Made by a program: the position numbers and the translations under genes. From Alphaproteobacteria bacterium (GTDB taxonomy: Bacteria > Pseudomonadota > Alphaproteobacteria > Bin95): a stretch of DNA of 64,000 nt. Position 1 is the first letter of the stretch; each line of letters opens with the position of its first letter. The notes under the pieces are model-generated. The model was not told the DNA's origin. It ran no database searches and saw only the letters and a list, made by a program, of their open reading frames with translations. This document shows, one piece after another, positions 46,444-57,452 of the stretch. The stretch is taken from positions 576,001 through 640,000 of the forward strand of contig OZ224045.1 in the NCBI GenBank assembly GCA_963665325.3, written 5' to 3'.

Positions 46444-46604
46444 GGGCGCGGGCCTCCGCTGGTTTAAGAGGTGGCGCCATTCTAACTCATCGCCGACAGG
46501 TTGCCGGCCCCTGCGACATCGGCGCGTGCCGGCTTCGCAGGACTTGTCGCCCCGCGCGTTCCTGCCTAATCATGCCGCTCTCCTCACGATGGCGGAGACG
46601 TGGA

Positions 46605-47309
46605 ATGGACGCCGGAATTCGCGACGCGCTCGCCAGGTGCTCGACAGCGACGATCACGTTGCAGTTGCTGAAGCGCGGCCTCAGGGCGACGGCCATGCGA
46701 GGTGTGGCGCCGCTCGCCGCCGGCCAGGGGCGCGTTGTCGGCGAGGCCTATACGGTCCGCTTCATCCCCATGCGCGAGGACCTTTCCGACCCGGCGATCC
46801 TGAGCGCAAGCGAGAATCCGCAGCGCCGCGCCATCGACGAATGCCCCGAGGGCGCCGTCCTCGTCATGGACGGTCTCGGCAACGGCAATGTCGGCACGCT
46901 CGGGGACATTTTGGCCGAACGGCTCAGGTTTCGCGGCGTTGCAGGCTGCGTGACGGACAGTGCGGTCCGGGACGCCGAGGCCGTCATCGATACCGGCCTG
47001 CCCGTCTGGTGCAACGGCAGGGCGGCCCCGCCCAATATCACCGGCCTTGCCATGGGAGACCTGCAGACCCCGATCGGTTGCGGCGGCGTGGCAGTCATCC
47101 CGGGCGACGTGGTGGTTTGCGACGGCGACGGCGTGGTGGTGATACCGAAGGCGATGGCGGAGAGCGTCGCCGCCGACGGCGTCGAGCAGGAACGGCTGGA
47201 AACTTTCGTCCAGGAGCGTATCCGCGCCGGCCATCCGGTCGCCGGAACCTACCCGCCCGATGAAGAAACGCTGGCGGCCTACGAGGTCTGGAAGCAGACC
47301 CGGGACTGA
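46605..47309 (+). CDS. RraA-family / HMG-CHA aldolase-like protein
   Basis: CSTATITLQLLKRGLR; GDIL..RL..RG; PIGCGGVAVIPGDVVVCDGDGVVVIP. Confidence 0.88.
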   Translation: MDAGIRDALARCSTATITLQLLKRGLRATAMRGVAPLAAGQGRVVGEAYTVRFIPMREDLSDPAILSASENPQRRAIDECPEGAVLVMDGLGNGNVGTLGDILAERLRFRGVAGCVTDSAVRDAEAVIDTGLPVWCNGRAAPPNITGLAMGDLQTPIGCGGVAVIPGDVVVCDGDGVVVIPKAMAESVAADGVEQERLETFVQERIRAGHPVAGTYPPDEETLAAYEVWKQTRD

Positions 47310-47343
47310 CCGGCTACCCGAAAGCAAATCAGGGAGGCCGTTC

Positions 47344-48366
47344 ATGGCCCTGAAGATTGACGCGCAATTACGCGGCTTCGACCTCACGCACGTCCCGGCA
47401 CAGGCCCGGCGCCTCGAAGAGCTCGGCTTCGACGCCGCCTGGACCTTTGAGGCGGCGCAGGACCCGTTCCTGCCGCTGGCGGTGGCGGCCACGGCGACGG
47501 AGAAGCTCGAACTGGGCACCAATATCGCGGTCGCCTTCGCGCGAAGCCCCTTCTCGATGGCCGGTACCTCCTGGGATATCCAGCGCGCCTCTCGCGGGCG
47601 GCTGCATCTGGGCCTCGGCACGCAGGTCCGCGCCCATGTCGAGCGGCGCTTCTCCATGCCGTTCGACCGGCCGGCGGCGCGGGTCACCGACTATATCCGC
47701 TGCATGCGCGCGATCTTCGATACGTTCCAGAACGACGCGCGACCCAGCTATGAGGGCCCGTTTTACCAATTCCGGCTGATGAACCCGTTCTTCAATCCGG
47801 GGCCCATCGACCATCCGCATATCCCGATCTACCTCGCGGGCGTCAATCCGCGCATGTGCCGGGCGGCCGGCGAAGCGGCGGACGGCTTCCATATCCATCC
47901 CATGCACTCGGTCTCCTACCTGGGCGAGGTCGTCAAGCCCGCCATCGACGAAGGCGCGAAGACGCGCGGACTCGGTGTGGACGACCTCGATCTCCAGACG
48001 ATGGTCTGGCTCGTGACCGGAGACAGCCAGGCAGAGATGGACGCGGCCTTCGAGCAGGTGCGGCGCGACATTTCGTTCTACGGCTCCACCCCGAATTACC
48101 GGCGCATGCTGGAGCATCACGACCTCGCCGACCTCGGCAAAACGCTGAGCGGGCTGGTGCGCCAGGGCGCGTTCGACGAAATGGCCGCACTCGTGCCCGA
48201 CAGCCTGGTCGAGGATGTCGCCGTCATCGGCAAACCGGGCGAGATCGGCGAAAAGCTCCGCAATCGGTATGACGGCCTTGTGGACCGGGTAGCGCCCTAC
48301 CGGCCGATTCCGGACCACGACCAGGCCGAGCGCTGGCAGGCGTTCACTTCCGCAGTTCGAGGCTGA
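47344..48366 (+). CDS. LLM-class, putative F420-dependent oxidoreductase (TIGR03617-like)
   Basis: DPFLPL; GTNIAVAFARSP; LGLGTQVRAHVERRFS; SFYGSTPNY. Confidence 0.85.
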   Translation: MALKIDAQLRGFDLTHVPAQARRLEELGFDAAWTFEAAQDPFLPLAVAATATEKLELGTNIAVAFARSPFSMAGTSWDIQRASRGRLHLGLGTQVRAHVERRFSMPFDRPAARVTDYIRCMRAIFDTFQNDARPSYEGPFYQFRLMNPFFNPGPIDHPHIPIYLAGVNPRMCRAAGEAADGFHIHPMHSVSYLGEVVKPAIDEGAKTRGLGVDDLDLQTMVWLVTGDSQAEMDAAFEQVRRDISFYGSTPNYRRMLEHHDLADLGKTLSGLVRQGAFDEMAALVPDSLVEDVAVIGKPGEIGEKLRNRYDGLVDRVAPYRPIPDHDQAERWQAFTSAVRG

Positions 48367-49705
48367 GCGCGCGGGCCGCCTTCGCCTGTTCCCGCGCCAT
48401 GGCCGGCGCCTCGCCGGTGTAGCGGGCGGGATCGAGCAGCGCGGCGATCCGCGGCCCATCCAGATGGGCGGCTATTTCCGGATCGGCGGCCAGCAGGTCG
48501 CGGAATCTGCCCTCGCCCCGGGCCGCCGCCTGCGCCGCCTCATAGACGACGTCGTGCGCTTCCTGCCGGCCGAGCGTCTCGCCGAGAGCCAGCATCAGCG
48601 GCTCCGCCATGATGAGACCGTCCGAGAGGTCGAGATTGGCGCGCATCCGCTCCGGCTTCACGGAAAGGCCCTCCATGATCGCAATGAGGCGCGAGAGCAT
48701 GTCGCCCGCCCCGACGCAGGCCTGCTCCAGCCCGCGCCGGATGAGCATGGAGGTCGCGCGGTCGGCCTCGTGCTCGGTCTGCATGCCTTCCAGCACCAGC
48801 GGCAGGGCGGCCCGCACCTGCGCGGCAGCCGCGACGATGTCCTGGCTGAGGATGGGATTGCGCTTCTGCGGCATGGTGGAAGATCCGACCGTGCCCCGCG
48901 GCACCGGCTCCTCCAGTTCGCCGAACTCCTGCTTCATGCCGGTATAGACCTCGCGCCCGATCTTGGCCGAAGTCGATGCCAGAAGCGCCAGAAGCGCCAC
49001 ATATTCTCCGAAATGGTCGCCTTGGGTGCGGGAGGGCACGGGCATCGAGCCCATGCCGAGATGCGCCGCCATCCGCTCCTGGACCCGGAAGCCGTGCTCG
49101 CCGAATGAGGCCAGCGTGCCCGCCGCACCGCCCAGCATGGCGACGAATGTGCGGCCTTCCAGCCCCCGCAGACGCTCGACATGCCGGGCCATCTCGTCGA
49201 TCCAGACCGCGACCTTGGCGCCGAATGTCGTCGGCACGGCGTGCTGGCCGTGGGTGCGGCCCGGAAGCGCGGCATCGGCCCAGGTTTCCGCAAGCCCGGC
49301 CATCGCGTCGAGCGCGCGCCCGATCTGACCCAGCAACACCCCATGCACCCGGCGAAGCAGCAGCAGATCGCCCGTCTGAACGATGTTCTGGGTCGTGGCG
49401 CCCCAGTGCACATACTTGCCGGCATCGTCCTCGCAGATCTCCGAGAGCTCCCAGACGAGCGGCACCAGTTGATGCGCCGTCCGCCTGAACCCTTCGGCGA
49501 GGCTCTCCCGGTCGATCAGTTCGAGCTTCGCCTTGGCCGCAATCTCTTCCGCCGCCGCTTGCGGGATCATGCCGAGATCGGCTTCCGCGAGAGCCAGCGC
49601 CGCCTCCACATCGAGCCAGGCCTGCCACCGGGCCTCGATATGGAAGAGCGCGCGGATGCCCGGGTCCGGAATTCGCAGGTCAGTCGGGTTGACGCTTGCG
49701 GTCAT
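48344..49705 (-). CDS. Adenylosuccinate lyase / 3-carboxy-cis,cis-muconate cycloisomerase family protein
   Basis: VHWGATTQN; GRTHGQHAVPTTFG; GSSTMPQKRNP signature. Confidence 0.9.
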   Translation of the reverse strand: MTASVNPTDLRIPDPGIRALFHIEARWQAWLDVEAALALAEADLGMIPQAAAEEIAAKAKLELIDRESLAEGFRRTAHQLVPLVWELSEICEDDAGKYVHWGATTQNIVQTGDLLLLRRVHGVLLGQIGRALDAMAGLAETWADAALPGRTHGQHAVPTTFGAKVAVWIDEMARHVERLRGLEGRTFVAMLGGAAGTLASFGEHGFRVQERMAAHLGMGSMPVPSRTQGDHFGEYVALLALLASTSAKIGREVYTGMKQEFGELEEPVPRGTVGSSTMPQKRNPILSQDIVAAAAQVRAALPLVLEGMQTEHEADRATSMLIRRGLEQACVGAGDMLSRLIAIMEGLSVKPERMRANLDLSDGLIMAEPLMLALGETLGRQEAHDVVYEAAQAAARGEGRFRDLLAADPEIAAHLDGPRIAALLDPARYTGEAPAMAREQAKAARALSLELRK

Positions 49706-49785
49706 CGAGTGCCTCTTCGTTCAGCCGGGCCGGACGATGCGCTAGACTTTCCTCATCGGCAAGCACCGGCAAAGGCGGGACGGAC

Positions 49786-50592
49786 ATGGCACTTCGGGTA
49801 GGCATAGGCGGCTTCGGCACGATCGGCCGGGAAGTGGCTACCGCCATCGACGGGGGAATCGAAGGACTGGCGCTCGCCGCCGTATCGGCGCGGGACGCAG
49901 CCCGCGCGGAGACGCGGCAGGCAGGGTTTCGAACGCCGGTGCCGGTCGTTTCCCTGGGCGAACTGGCGGACTGCTCCGACCTGGTGCTGGAATGCGCGCC
50001 GGCAGCCGTTTTCGAAGATGTTGCGCTGCCCGCCATCGAACGGGCGCGGATCTTCATGCCGACCAGCGTCGGAGCGCTGCTGCCGCGCATGCATCTCGTC
50101 GACCGGGCGAAGCAGACCGGCGCCAGGATCGTGGTGCCAACGGGCGCCCTGCTGGGCCTGGACGCCGTCAAGGCGGCGGCGGAGGGCACCATCCACCGTG
50201 TGACCATGGTGACGCGGAAACCGCCCGGCGGGCTCGCCGGCGCGCCTCATCTGGTCGAGAACGGGATCGAGGTGGACGGGCTGACGGAGGCGAAATGCGT
50301 CTTCAGGGGCAGCGCAAGGGAGGGCGCGCGGGGCTTTCCCGCCAATGTCAATGTCGCCGCTGCGCTCTCACTCGCCGGCATCGGGCCCGACCGCACGGAG
50401 CTTGAAATTTGGGCGGACCCGGACGTGGACCGCAATCGGCACAGAATCGAGGTCGAGGCCGAATCGGTACGCTTTACGCTGGAGATCGCAGGTGTGCCCA
50501 CGGACGAAAATCCACGAACGGGAAAAATCGTCGCCCCGAGCGTGATCGCCTGCCTGAAGAGCCTTACCCAGACGCTCAGGGTCGGGACGTGA
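49786..50592 (+). CDS. nadX: L-aspartate dehydrogenase
   Basis: GFGTIG; SVGAL; TGALLGLDAV; FPANVNVAAAL; NPRTG. Confidence 0.9.
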   Translation: MALRVGIGGFGTIGREVATAIDGGIEGLALAAVSARDAARAETRQAGFRTPVPVVSLGELADCSDLVLECAPAAVFEDVALPAIERARIFMPTSVGALLPRMHLVDRAKQTGARIVVPTGALLGLDAVKAAAEGTIHRVTMVTRKPPGGLAGAPHLVENGIEVDGLTEAKCVFRGSAREGARGFPANVNVAAALSLAGIGPDRTELEIWADPDVDRNRHRIEVEAESVRFTLEIAGVPTDENPRTGKIVAPSVIACLKSLTQTLRVGT

Positions 50593-50619
50593 TGCCAGTA
50601 CCGGGCACCGGCGTGCCGG

Positions 50620-53600
50620 CTACCGGGCGGACTTGCCGTCCGGTGGTTCGTCGGGGTTCCAGTCGCGCCCTTCGGCGCCAAGCAGGGGACCGAACAGGCC
50701 TCGGAGGAAACCGGGAGCAAGGACCGTAAGCGGGTTCACCTTGGTCCGGGGGGCGTCCACAGGCCCATTCAATTCGTAAGTCGCAGCGAACAAGCCTTCG
50801 CCACCTCCTGTCAGCAGGCCCCCGATCAACGGAATTTTCTCCAGGACACGACTGACGAAGTAGACCGGGACCAGCACCCCGTCGAGCGCGACCGTCTCTC
50901 GATCCCGGTCGAATTCCCCGCGAAATGTTACGCCGATGGAAGTTCCGAAGGCCCGGCCCGGACCGAGTCCGATATGGCGGTTCCCTATCCTCACGGGTGT
51001 CTCCAGGCGCTCGAAGCGAAGACCCGCGTCGCTGGACAAAGCGTCGCCGATGCCGGTGATCGAGGCTGCAGCAAGGAGTCGGGCCAGGACGGGGGCGTCC
51101 CTTATCCGGAAATCCTTGACGAGCAGCGAACCCTCGTAGTCGTCCAATGCCCCCGCAGGACCTGAAGCGTTGAAGCGCAAAAGGCCGCCCCGCATGTTGC
51201 GGTACCAGCCAAGCGCGGAAAGCAGCGCGCCGGTATCCTCGGCTTCGACCGTCAGCCTGGCCTTGTCCGCGTCGGGCCGGAGGGAGACCGATACAGCCCG
51301 ACCGCCCTCTGTGAGGGCTTCCGCCGTTCCCTCGAGTAACCGTTCGCCTTCCATGCGGACCTGTGCGCTGAGTCCATGCAGCGGCGCATCGCCTCCGAGC
51401 CAGGCACGGTCGGTATCCAGAAGAATGCCAAGTCGGTCGCCCCCCTCTCGCGGGGACCTTTCGCCGTCTTCCCCCCCCAGGTAGCGCGAGAGATCGACAC
51501 TCGGCCCCGATACTCGGATGGAGACCGCTCCGTCGGATGTTGGCAGGACATCGACCGCAATGTCGGTTCGTTCCCCGAGCCGCAGCCGGTCGAGCGAGCC
51601 TTCGATCAGGCTGTTGTTCGCAATGTCGTAGCGCCCCCTGCCGACAAGTTCGAGAGCCGGCCCGGCAGCAACGACCGAAGACGCTTCGAGCAGGCCCTCG
51701 GGCCCGCGTCGAAAGCTCGCTTCCAGCCAGGCCGGCTCGCCGCCCGGCTTCGCCCAGCCCAGCGGATCCAGCTGGACTTCGCTCTTCCCCAGGCCGGCCT
51801 TGACAGTGTAGTCGGTCGTCCCCGTCCGAAATTCGGTCGCGGCAACGTCGATTTCGACAAGCCCGTTTACGTACGGCGAAAGGTCGAAACCCAGACGGGC
51901 TCGCCCGCCATCGTCGACGGTGGTGCGCAGCCTGTAACGGGACTCCACCGGCTCGCTTTCCAGAAATCGCCGCTCGAAATCGAATGTCGCCGGCTGCCCG
52001 TCGAGCGAGCCGCCGCCGGAAACGGCGAAATGCCGCTTGTCTACCTTCACGTCGATCCGCGCGCCTTCGAGGTTCGTCCTGAGCGCCGTGATAGGCATAT
52101 GGACATCTTCTGCCTCTCCTTCCGCTTCGACCTCAACATCTTCGAATGCCAGTGATTCGAGGAGCGGCAAGCCTACGCGGAGGCGGAACGCAGCATCGCC
52201 CCGAGCTGCCGCCGGGTCCACCTGCAGATAGCGGGCATAGCCGAGCGGCTCGCGGTCGAGCACTTCCAAAACACGGTTCAACGGCCCTTCGAACCGCGCA
52301 TCGACGGCCAGCCTGGAAGGCGGTTTTTCGCGGTTCAAGCCGACGAAATCCACCTTGGCGCCGGCGATCGCGATATCCCGGTACTTTCCGCCCGACAGTG
52401 TCAGCGCGAACGACTTCGCATCGAAGGTAGCAGTGCCGTCGATATCCTCGAAAGGCGGAAGCGGGCGCCAATAACGCGCGGTGACGCCGGAAAAAGACAG
52501 GTTGCCGTCGATTTCGGGCGTTCGGACATCGAAGCCGTGCTCGACCGCAATATCGGCATCGGCGACGATCCCGGCACCGTCTATCCGGCCCCGGCTCAAA
52601 TTCGACACGACCCAATCCCGCGCTCCCGGCGATCCCATGTCGGGAGGCCATAGAAGCCTGAGGTCGTCCACCGGAATGGCTGCCGCCTCGGCCTCCAGGT
52701 GCACGTTCCATGCCGATTCCATGCGCTTGGCGCTGCCGACGGCTTCGACCTGACCGCGGCCCAAGTCCAGGTCCAGCTTCTCGACCAGCACCTGCCCGGC
52801 TGCAAGGTCCATCTGGAACAGGGCGCTGCCGCCCTCGACGGCGACGGCATCCGCCCCGGAGCCGCCGACCCGCAGCTCGCCGGCGCCGATGTTCAGTCCT
52901 GCATCCAGCGCGGCGGGCCGGAACTCCGCATCGAACGTCCACGCCACGGTGCCGGAAATAGGGGCGTCCAACGCAGCCGCAACGGCGAAGCGTGCCGGTA
53001 TCAACGGCAGCAGCAGCTCGGGCAGCACATCCTCCAGATGGGTGAAGGCGGCCAGCGTCCCGTCCTGCCGTCCCCCCGCGCCGGACAGCCGCGCCGTATG
53101 GCCGAGCGCTTTGACCTCCACCGCCTCGATCTCAAGCCGCGTGAGCCCGTCGACCGCACGGGCATTAATGGCGACCCCGTCCACAGGCACGCTACGCCCG
53201 GCATCTGCAGAGTCGACGAGGGCGCCGCCGGCTCCGTGCAGGTCCGCAGCGAGCGCAACGACGGCGAAGTCGGGGGCCAAATGGACCGTGACATTACCGC
53301 TAAGCGGCGTCGTCACATGGCCGAGCAGCGCCAACAGCGGATGGGCTCCCGCGATGTCCTGGGGCCGCAAACCGTGAAGTCGGGCCGAAAGCGACGGGCC
53401 GCCCGCTTCACCGGAAGACGACACAGTGAAGCCGACATCCGTTTCCGCTTGGCCGAGGCGCAATGATGCCGCTCCTTCCGCAATCGTGCCGTCCGCCCCG
53501 TCCCGGAAAGACAGGTCGAGCTGGGGTACGCTCCATTTCGCGTCCATGATGTCATCGACAACAATCAACGCCGCCCGGCGTACGCCGAAGCCCGCAATAT

Positions 53601-54092
53601 CGGCATTCCGTCCGCCCGGCCCGGGGCCAGCAGCCCCCGCAGATCGATCTCCGGGGATTTTCCTTCCGTTTTCGTGCCCGATACGGCGAGGAGGGTGACG
53701 GCGCCGTCGGTCCGGCGCCGCAAGGTGGCGCTGACACCGAGCAATTCCACTTCCCGCGGCATGATCCGGCCGCTCAGGACCCCGCTTGCGCTCAGGACGA
53801 ATTCCAGTCCCTGCGTTTCCACCAGCGGCACGCCTTCCAGGTTCACGAGCTTCGCCTCGGAGACCCTGAAACGCAGCAGCCGTTTCCAGCCGGCCCACAC
53901 GGCCTCGACCGAGTCCATTCTTACCCTGTAGCCGTGTTCGGGACGGGAAAGGGCCATCTCCACATGCGGCGCGAGCAAGGCGAGACTCACCGGCCCCTGG
54001 GACAGGCGCCAGACCGCAACTGCCGCCAGCACCAGGACGGAAATCGCGAGGGCCGCCAATATCCACAGGAAATATCGAAGCCTTACCCGCAA
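50620..54092 (-). pseudogene. AsmA-like/YhdP (DUF3971) protein split by a 1-nt frameshift near 53592 (possibly an assembly error)
   Basis: N-terminal WRLSQGPVSL ORF (53565-54092) and C-terminal GVLVPVY...IPLIG...VNPLTVLAPGFLR ORF lie in different frames. Confidence 0.8.
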
Positions 54093-54105
54093 TTGATCGC
54101 TCCGC

Positions 54106-56982
54106 TTGACCGTTCCTAACTATATGGGACCTATGGGAACGATGACGACAACAGACAGCAGTCCGCTTCCGGCCGACCCGGAATTGGCCGCCCGCCGGCT
54201 GGGTGACTGGCAGGAGCGGGCGGGACCTCTGGACCGTGATACTGCCAGAGGCCGGGCCGTCTGGGCGGCGCTGGGCTCCAGCCCGTTCCTGGCCGATTGC
54301 CTGCTCAGGTTCCCGGACTTTGCGCGGGAACTCACGATCCACGGGCCGGACGGGCCGGTCGGGGACATATTCGAGCGACTGCGGGAATTCGCGCCCGACT
54401 GCGACGCCGACCGCTGGATGCGGTTCATGCGGGAAGAGCGCGCCCGGCTCGCGGCCGCGGTCGCCATTGCCGATATCGCAGGCGAATGGTCGCTGGGACG
54501 GGTGACCGCGACCTTGAGCGGTTTCGCATCTGCCGCTCTGGATGCCGCCGTGCGACACCTATTGGCCACGGGGCACGAATTTGTCGCCACGGAACCGGAG
54601 GGGTCCGGCATCGTCGTTCTCGGCATGGGCAAGCTAGGCGCCGCCGAGCTCAACTATTCAAGCGATATCGACATCGTGCTCATCTATGACGACGCGGTTG
54701 CGCCGGTGCGGCGGCGCGACCGAATCGGCCAGGCGATGGTCCGCTTCGCACGCGACCTCGTCCGCCTGCTCCAGGAGCGCACCGCGGACGGATATGTGGT
54801 TCGGGTCGATCTGCGGCTCCGCCCGGATCCGGCTTCCACGCCGCTGGCGGTCCCGATACGGGCAGCCGAGGCCTATTACGAGAGCATGGGCCAGAATTGG
54901 GAGCGGGCGGCCATGCTTAAGGCCCGCCCGGTGGCCGGCGATCTGGTCGCCGGCCGGGATTTCCTAGACTACATCCGCCCCTTTATCTGGCGGCGCAGCC
55001 TCGATTTCTGGGCCATTCAGGACATCCATTCCATCAAGCGCCAGATCCACGTCCATCGCGGCCACGACAAGCTGGCGGTCGCCGGACACAATGTGAAGCT
55101 CGGGCGCGGCGGTATCCGCGAGATCGAGTTCTACGTGCAGACGCAGCAATTGATCTGGGGCGGCCGCGACATGAGTCTGCGTGTGCGCCCGACCTGCGAA
55201 GCGCTGGAGGCGCTGGTCGCGGCAGGCCACGTCGAGCGCGCCGCGGCCGAGCGCCTCACGAATGCGTACGAGTTCCTGCGCGGGGTTGAGCACCGCATAC
55301 AGATGATTGACGACCGGCAGACCCATGAGCTCCCGGATGAGAATGGACTCGCGGGGTTTGCGCGGTTCATGGGCTACAGCGGGGAACGCGCCTTCGCGGA
55401 TGCGCTGCTGCGCCATCTGGACAGTGTCCGGCAGTTATACGACAGCCTGTTTTCGGATGCCGACACGCTTGCCGAGCCGGGCAATCTGGTGTTCACCGGC
55501 ACGGACCCCGACCCCGGAACGACGGCAACGCTGGCCGAGCTCGGCTTTCGCGATCCGCAGCGCGTTTTCGAGGTCGTGCGCGCCTGGCATTCGGGCTCGA
55601 TTCGGGCAACCCGCAGCGCAAGGGCGCGCGAAATCCTGACGGAGCTGGTGCCCGCCCTGCTGAAGTCCCTGGCCGACGCCCGCGAGCCGGACCGGGCCCT
55701 GTTGGATTTCGACCGGTTCCTGGCACGGTTGCCGCTCGGCGTTCCGGTCTTCGCAATGTTCCAGACCAACCCGCAACTCATCGACCTTGTAGCGGAAGTG
55801 CTCGGGAATTCGCCGTTTCTGGCCGAGCACATGACCCGTCATCCGGGCGTACTCGAAGGCATACTCGCCGGCGGCGCCGTCCCGGACGGCCGAATGCGCG
55901 CGGACCTCGGCAGCGCGCTCCGAGTGTCGCAGACCTATCAGGACGTGCTCGATATCGCGCGCCGCTGGGCAAACGACGCACGTTTCGATGTCGGCCTCGG
56001 TCTGCTCCGGGGCCGGCGCACGCCGTGGGAAGCCGGCGCCGACCTGTCCGAAATTGCCGATGCGACAGTCGAATCTCTGCTGACGGCGACCCTGGACGAG
56101 TTCGCGGAGCGGCACGGCGCCTTTCCGGGCACCAGCTTTGCCATCCTGGCCTACGGAAAATGGGGAAGCGGAGACCTTACGCTGGGTTCCGACCTGGATA
56201 TGGTTGCCGTTTACGATGCGCCAGCGGAGGTAACGCATTCGGACGGTCCGAAGCCTTTGTGGGCGTCGACTTACTTCAACCGGCTGATGCAACGCCTGCA
56301 AACCGCGATCACGGCCCAGACGGGAGAAGGAAGGCTTTTCGAGATCGACCTGCGTCTCAGACCGTCAGGAAATGACGGGCCGCTCGCCATCCATGCCGAC
56401 GGTTTCGACCGCTACCAGAAGGAGGATGCCTGGACCTGGGAGCACATGGCGCTTGTTCGCTCTCGCGTCGCAATCGGTCCGCCGGAACTGGCGGCGCGAC
56501 TGGACGCCATACGCATGGAAGTCTTGGCGAGGCCTCGCCGCGGCCTGCGCCGCACTGTCCGTGAAATGCGCGCGAAGATGGCGGCACAACGCACAACAAA
56601 CGAGCCGTTCGACCTGAAGCACCGCCCCGGCGGCCTGATCGATCTGGAGTTTCTGGCGCAGTATCTGGTGCTGAAACATACGGCCACCCATCCTCCTATC
56701 GCGGAACGCTCGGCCGCTGCAGTCTTCCGCGCTGCGGGCACCGCCGGGTTCGAGAGCGGCCCCGCCCCGTGGGAAGAGCTGGCAGCGGCAGCCCAGCGGC
56801 TGGCCGGCCTGCAAGCCCTCTTCCGGCTGTCGGGCGCGTCTCCGCCGGACCGGATGCCGGCGCTCGCCCGACTTGCCGCAGAACTGTGCGCCTGCGCCGA
56901 TTTCGAGGGCGTGCAGAAACGGATAGAGGAAGACGGCGCTTTGACACGTCAGTTCTTCCGGCATCATCTCGAAGAAAGGTAG
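54106..56982 (+). CDS. glnE: Glutamine synthetase adenylyltransferase (true start may be 54124 or 54141)
   Basis: GMGKLGAAELNYSSDID; RVDLRLRPDP; NVKLGRGGIREIEF; second domain GSDLD...IDLRLRPSG. Confidence 0.95.
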   Translation: MTVPNYMGPMGTMTTTDSSPLPADPELAARRLGDWQERAGPLDRDTARGRAVWAALGSSPFLADCLLRFPDFARELTIHGPDGPVGDIFERLREFAPDCDADRWMRFMREERARLAAAVAIADIAGEWSLGRVTATLSGFASAALDAAVRHLLATGHEFVATEPEGSGIVVLGMGKLGAAELNYSSDIDIVLIYDDAVAPVRRRDRIGQAMVRFARDLVRLLQERTADGYVVRVDLRLRPDPASTPLAVPIRAAEAYYESMGQNWERAAMLKARPVAGDLVAGRDFLDYIRPFIWRRSLDFWAIQDIHSIKRQIHVHRGHDKLAVAGHNVKLGRGGIREIEFYVQTQQLIWGGRDMSLRVRPTCEALEALVAAGHVERAAAERLTNAYEFLRGVEHRIQMIDDRQTHELPDENGLAGFARFMGYSGERAFADALLRHLDSVRQLYDSLFSDADTLAEPGNLVFTGTDPDPGTTATLAELGFRDPQRVFEVVRAWHSGSIRATRSARAREILTELVPALLKSLADAREPDRALLDFDRFLARLPLGVPVFAMFQTNPQLIDLVAEVLGNSPFLAEHMTRHPGVLEGILAGGAVPDGRMRADLGSALRVSQTYQDVLDIARRWANDARFDVGLGLLRGRRTPWEAGADLSEIADATVESLLTATLDEFAERHGAFPGTSFAILAYGKWGSGDLTLGSDLDMVAVYDAPAEVTHSDGPKPLWASTYFNRLMQRLQTAITAQTGEGRLFEIDLRLRPSGNDGPLAIHADGFDRYQKEDAWTWEHMALVRSRVAIGPPELAARLDAIRMEVLARPRRGLRRTVREMRAKMAAQRTTNEPFDLKHRPGGLIDLEFLAQYLVLKHTATHPPIAERSAAAVFRAAGTAGFESGPAPWEELAAAAQRLAGLQALFRLSGASPPDRMPALARLAAELCACADFEGVQKRIEEDGALTRQFFRHHLEER

Positions 56983-56987
56983 AACGA

Positions 56988-57452
56988 ATGGCCCTGAATA
57001 TCGGCGATCCCGCCCCGGACTTTAGCCTGCCCGCTGATGGCGAGGGCCGTGTCGCGCTCCACGATTTCTGCGGCCGCAAGCTGGTGCTGTATTTCTATCC
57101 GAAGGACGACACGCCCGGCTGCACCACCGAAGCTCAGGCATTTCGGGACGCTTCCGACGACTTCGACCGGGCCGATGCCGTCATTCTGGGTGTCTCTCCG
57201 GACAAGCCGGCAAGGCACGACCGTTTCAAGGCGAAGTATGGCCTGCCCTTCCAACTCGGGTCGGACGAGGACCATTCGGTAGCAGAGGCCTATGGGGTGT
57301 GGGTCGAGAAGCGTATGTACGGCCGCGTCTATATGGGTATCGAGCGTTCGACCTTCCTCATCGACGAAGCGGGCCGGATCGCGTGCATCTGGCGCAAGGT
57401 ACGGGTCAAGGGCCACGCCCAGGCAGTGCTCAACGCACTTACCGGCGATTGA
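56988..57452 (+). CDS. bcp: Peroxiredoxin Bcp
   Basis: VLYFYPKDDTPGCTTEA; GIERSTFLID. Confidence 0.95.
   Translation: MALNIGDPAPDFSLPADGEGRVALHDFCGRKLVLYFYPKDDTPGCTTEAQAFRDASDDFDRADAVILGVSPDKPARHDRFKAKYGLPFQLGSDEDHSVAEAYGVWVEKRMYGRVYMGIERSTFLIDEAGRIACIWRKVRVKGHAQAVLNALTGD

Noticed and set aside
54093-54558. N-terminal extension of the 1312-aa minus-strand ORF
   Set aside because: It overlaps glnE antisense; the real N-terminus is the 53565-54092 ORF joined by the frameshift.
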